Shown here piece by piece: positions 63,317-64,000 of a stretch of 64,000 nt of DNA. Below the pieces are notes generated by a model that was not told where the DNA came from, searched no databases, and saw only the letters and a list, made by a program, of their open reading frames with translations. Made by a program: the position numbers and the translations under genes. Source of the stretch: Synergistaceae bacterium. Its GTDB lineage: Bacteria; Synergistota; Synergistia; Synergistales; Aminobacteriaceae. The stretch spans positions 7,098-71,097 of the forward strand of contig JAISUL010000005.1 of assembly GCA_031272145.1 (NCBI GenBank), written 5' to 3'. How positions within the stretch are numbered: the stretch's first letter is position 1; each line of letters opens with the position of its first letter.

Positions 63317-64000
63317 ATGCGCGGATATTCGCGTATCGGTATCAGAAATGCTGGCAAAAAAATTTTTATGGCTTTGACTCTGGCCGCGGCGTGCCTTTTC
63401 TCGGCTGCGGCGTGGGCAGCGGACGTCCCGATGAGAGGCGACGACTTCCGAGTCGACCTCAAGGACGACGCGTACGTGGGGGCAGAGGTCACCCTGTTCC
63501 TGTCCGGCTGGCGCACCGAGGAGACCGGCGTCTACTTTGAGTGGTCGATCGAGGGCAACACGAGGTCGATGACGCTGCGCGGGAACGGGGCCGAGTGCCG
63601 CTTCATTCCCTGCGACACGGAGCCCGTCGCCGTGTCGGTCTTGGCTCGGAGCGCGAGCGGGCAGACCTTGGCCGACGCCGCGCTGCTCCTGACCGCCAAG
63701 GAGTTCACCGTTAACATAGTCAAGGTCGAGTCGCCGAAGATAGTCCTTTGGGATTCCGAGGCGAAGAAGGACGTCGAGGTGGACGGCATAGTCATAGGCG
63801 AGCCAGCCGTGTTCGAGGCGAGGCTTACGCCGGCGTACAGGGGCAGGCTGACCTCCAGCTGGAGCACCGACGCTATGACGGCCATCGTGGAGGAGGAAGG
63901 GGTGCGCATCACGGTCGAGCGCGGCGACGTCGGCGACATGGAGCTGGCAGTGTCCCTGGCCGACGACAAGGGGTTCCCACTTGGGCACGCGTCCGGCAGG
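63317..64000 (+). CDS. secreted hypothetical protein (partial; continues beyond window end)
   Basis: ATG 63317 follows an AAGGGGG SD. Own translation MRGYSRIGIRNAGKKIFMALTLAAACLFSAAAWAADVPMRGDDFRVDLKDD... has no stop through 64000. Absent from the track because it is open-ended. Confidence 0.6.
   Translation, partial: MRGYSRIGIRNAGKKIFMALTLAAACLFSAAAWAADVPMRGDDFRVDLKDDAYVGAEVTLFLSGWRTEETGVYFEWSIEGNTRSMTLRGNGAECRFIPCDTEPVAVSVLARSASGQTLADAALLLTAKEFTVNIVKVESPKIVLWDSEAKKDVEVDGIVIGEPAVFEARLTPAYRGRLTSSWSTDAMTAIVEEEGVRITVERGDVGDMELAVSLADDKGFPLGHASGR

Noticed and set aside
63197-63988. 263-aa minus-strand ORF at the window end
   Set aside because: It is antisense to an open-ended plus-strand frame that has an SD, an ATG, a signal peptide and normal composition.

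Overview
High-GC bacterial chromosomal segment (roughly 60-65 % GC by eye, not computed) with about 60 protein genes. I saw no rRNA, tRNA or CRISPR array. The gene content and five C-terminal tails of the form Gly-Cys / hydrophobic helix / Arg cluster point to a Synergistota genome; I recall this tail as the Synergistota-specific Synerg-CTERM sorting signal. The lineage call is an inference only.

Layout:
- 0-27.4 kb: housekeeping genes. These include ftsY, the yaaT/holB/yaaR/tmk block, prfB with its +1 frameshift, xth, def-fmt, a pseudopilin cluster with an O-antigen-ligase-like gene, comF, malic enzyme, rdgB, dprA and acpS.
- 27.5-29.8 kb: a cluster of four DnaA boxes, then a small accessory module (ABC/OLD-like AAA ATPase plus a DUF4276-like gene). 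Both genes look damaged.
- 29.8-35 kb: esterase, class III aminotransferase and a TRAP transporter.
- 35-44.4 kb: a DUF4143 ATPase, then an array of subtilisin (S8) paralogs with sorting tails, interleaved with Rpn/YhgA-type nuclease genes and their remnants. One reading frame contains two complete pre-pro-proteases.
- 44.4-50.3 kb: VOC enzyme, cheV, two tandem rpoD-like sigma genes and an MFS transporter.
- 50.4-62.3 kb: an accessory island bracketed by imperfect direct repeats. It holds ankyrin-repeat genes, a vWA-ankyrin operon, a GmrSD-type DUF262/DUF1524 gene and a TerY-P triad (two vWA genes, a PP2C phosphatase, a kinase).
- After the island: a parvulin PPIase gene and a partial secreted protein.

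Most interesting observation: a promoter-bearing segment next to the TerY-P operon is bracketed by perfect 22-bp inverted repeats and points the wrong way. A homologous promoter-leader module drives the neighbouring DUF262/DUF1524 gene in the expected orientation. This suggests an inverted, possibly invertible, promoter.

The window also contains many perfect short tandem duplications (9, 12, 14, 21, 24 and 48 bp). One of them frameshifts the ATPase gene. Many long track ORFs are GC-driven antisense artefacts and were discarded.
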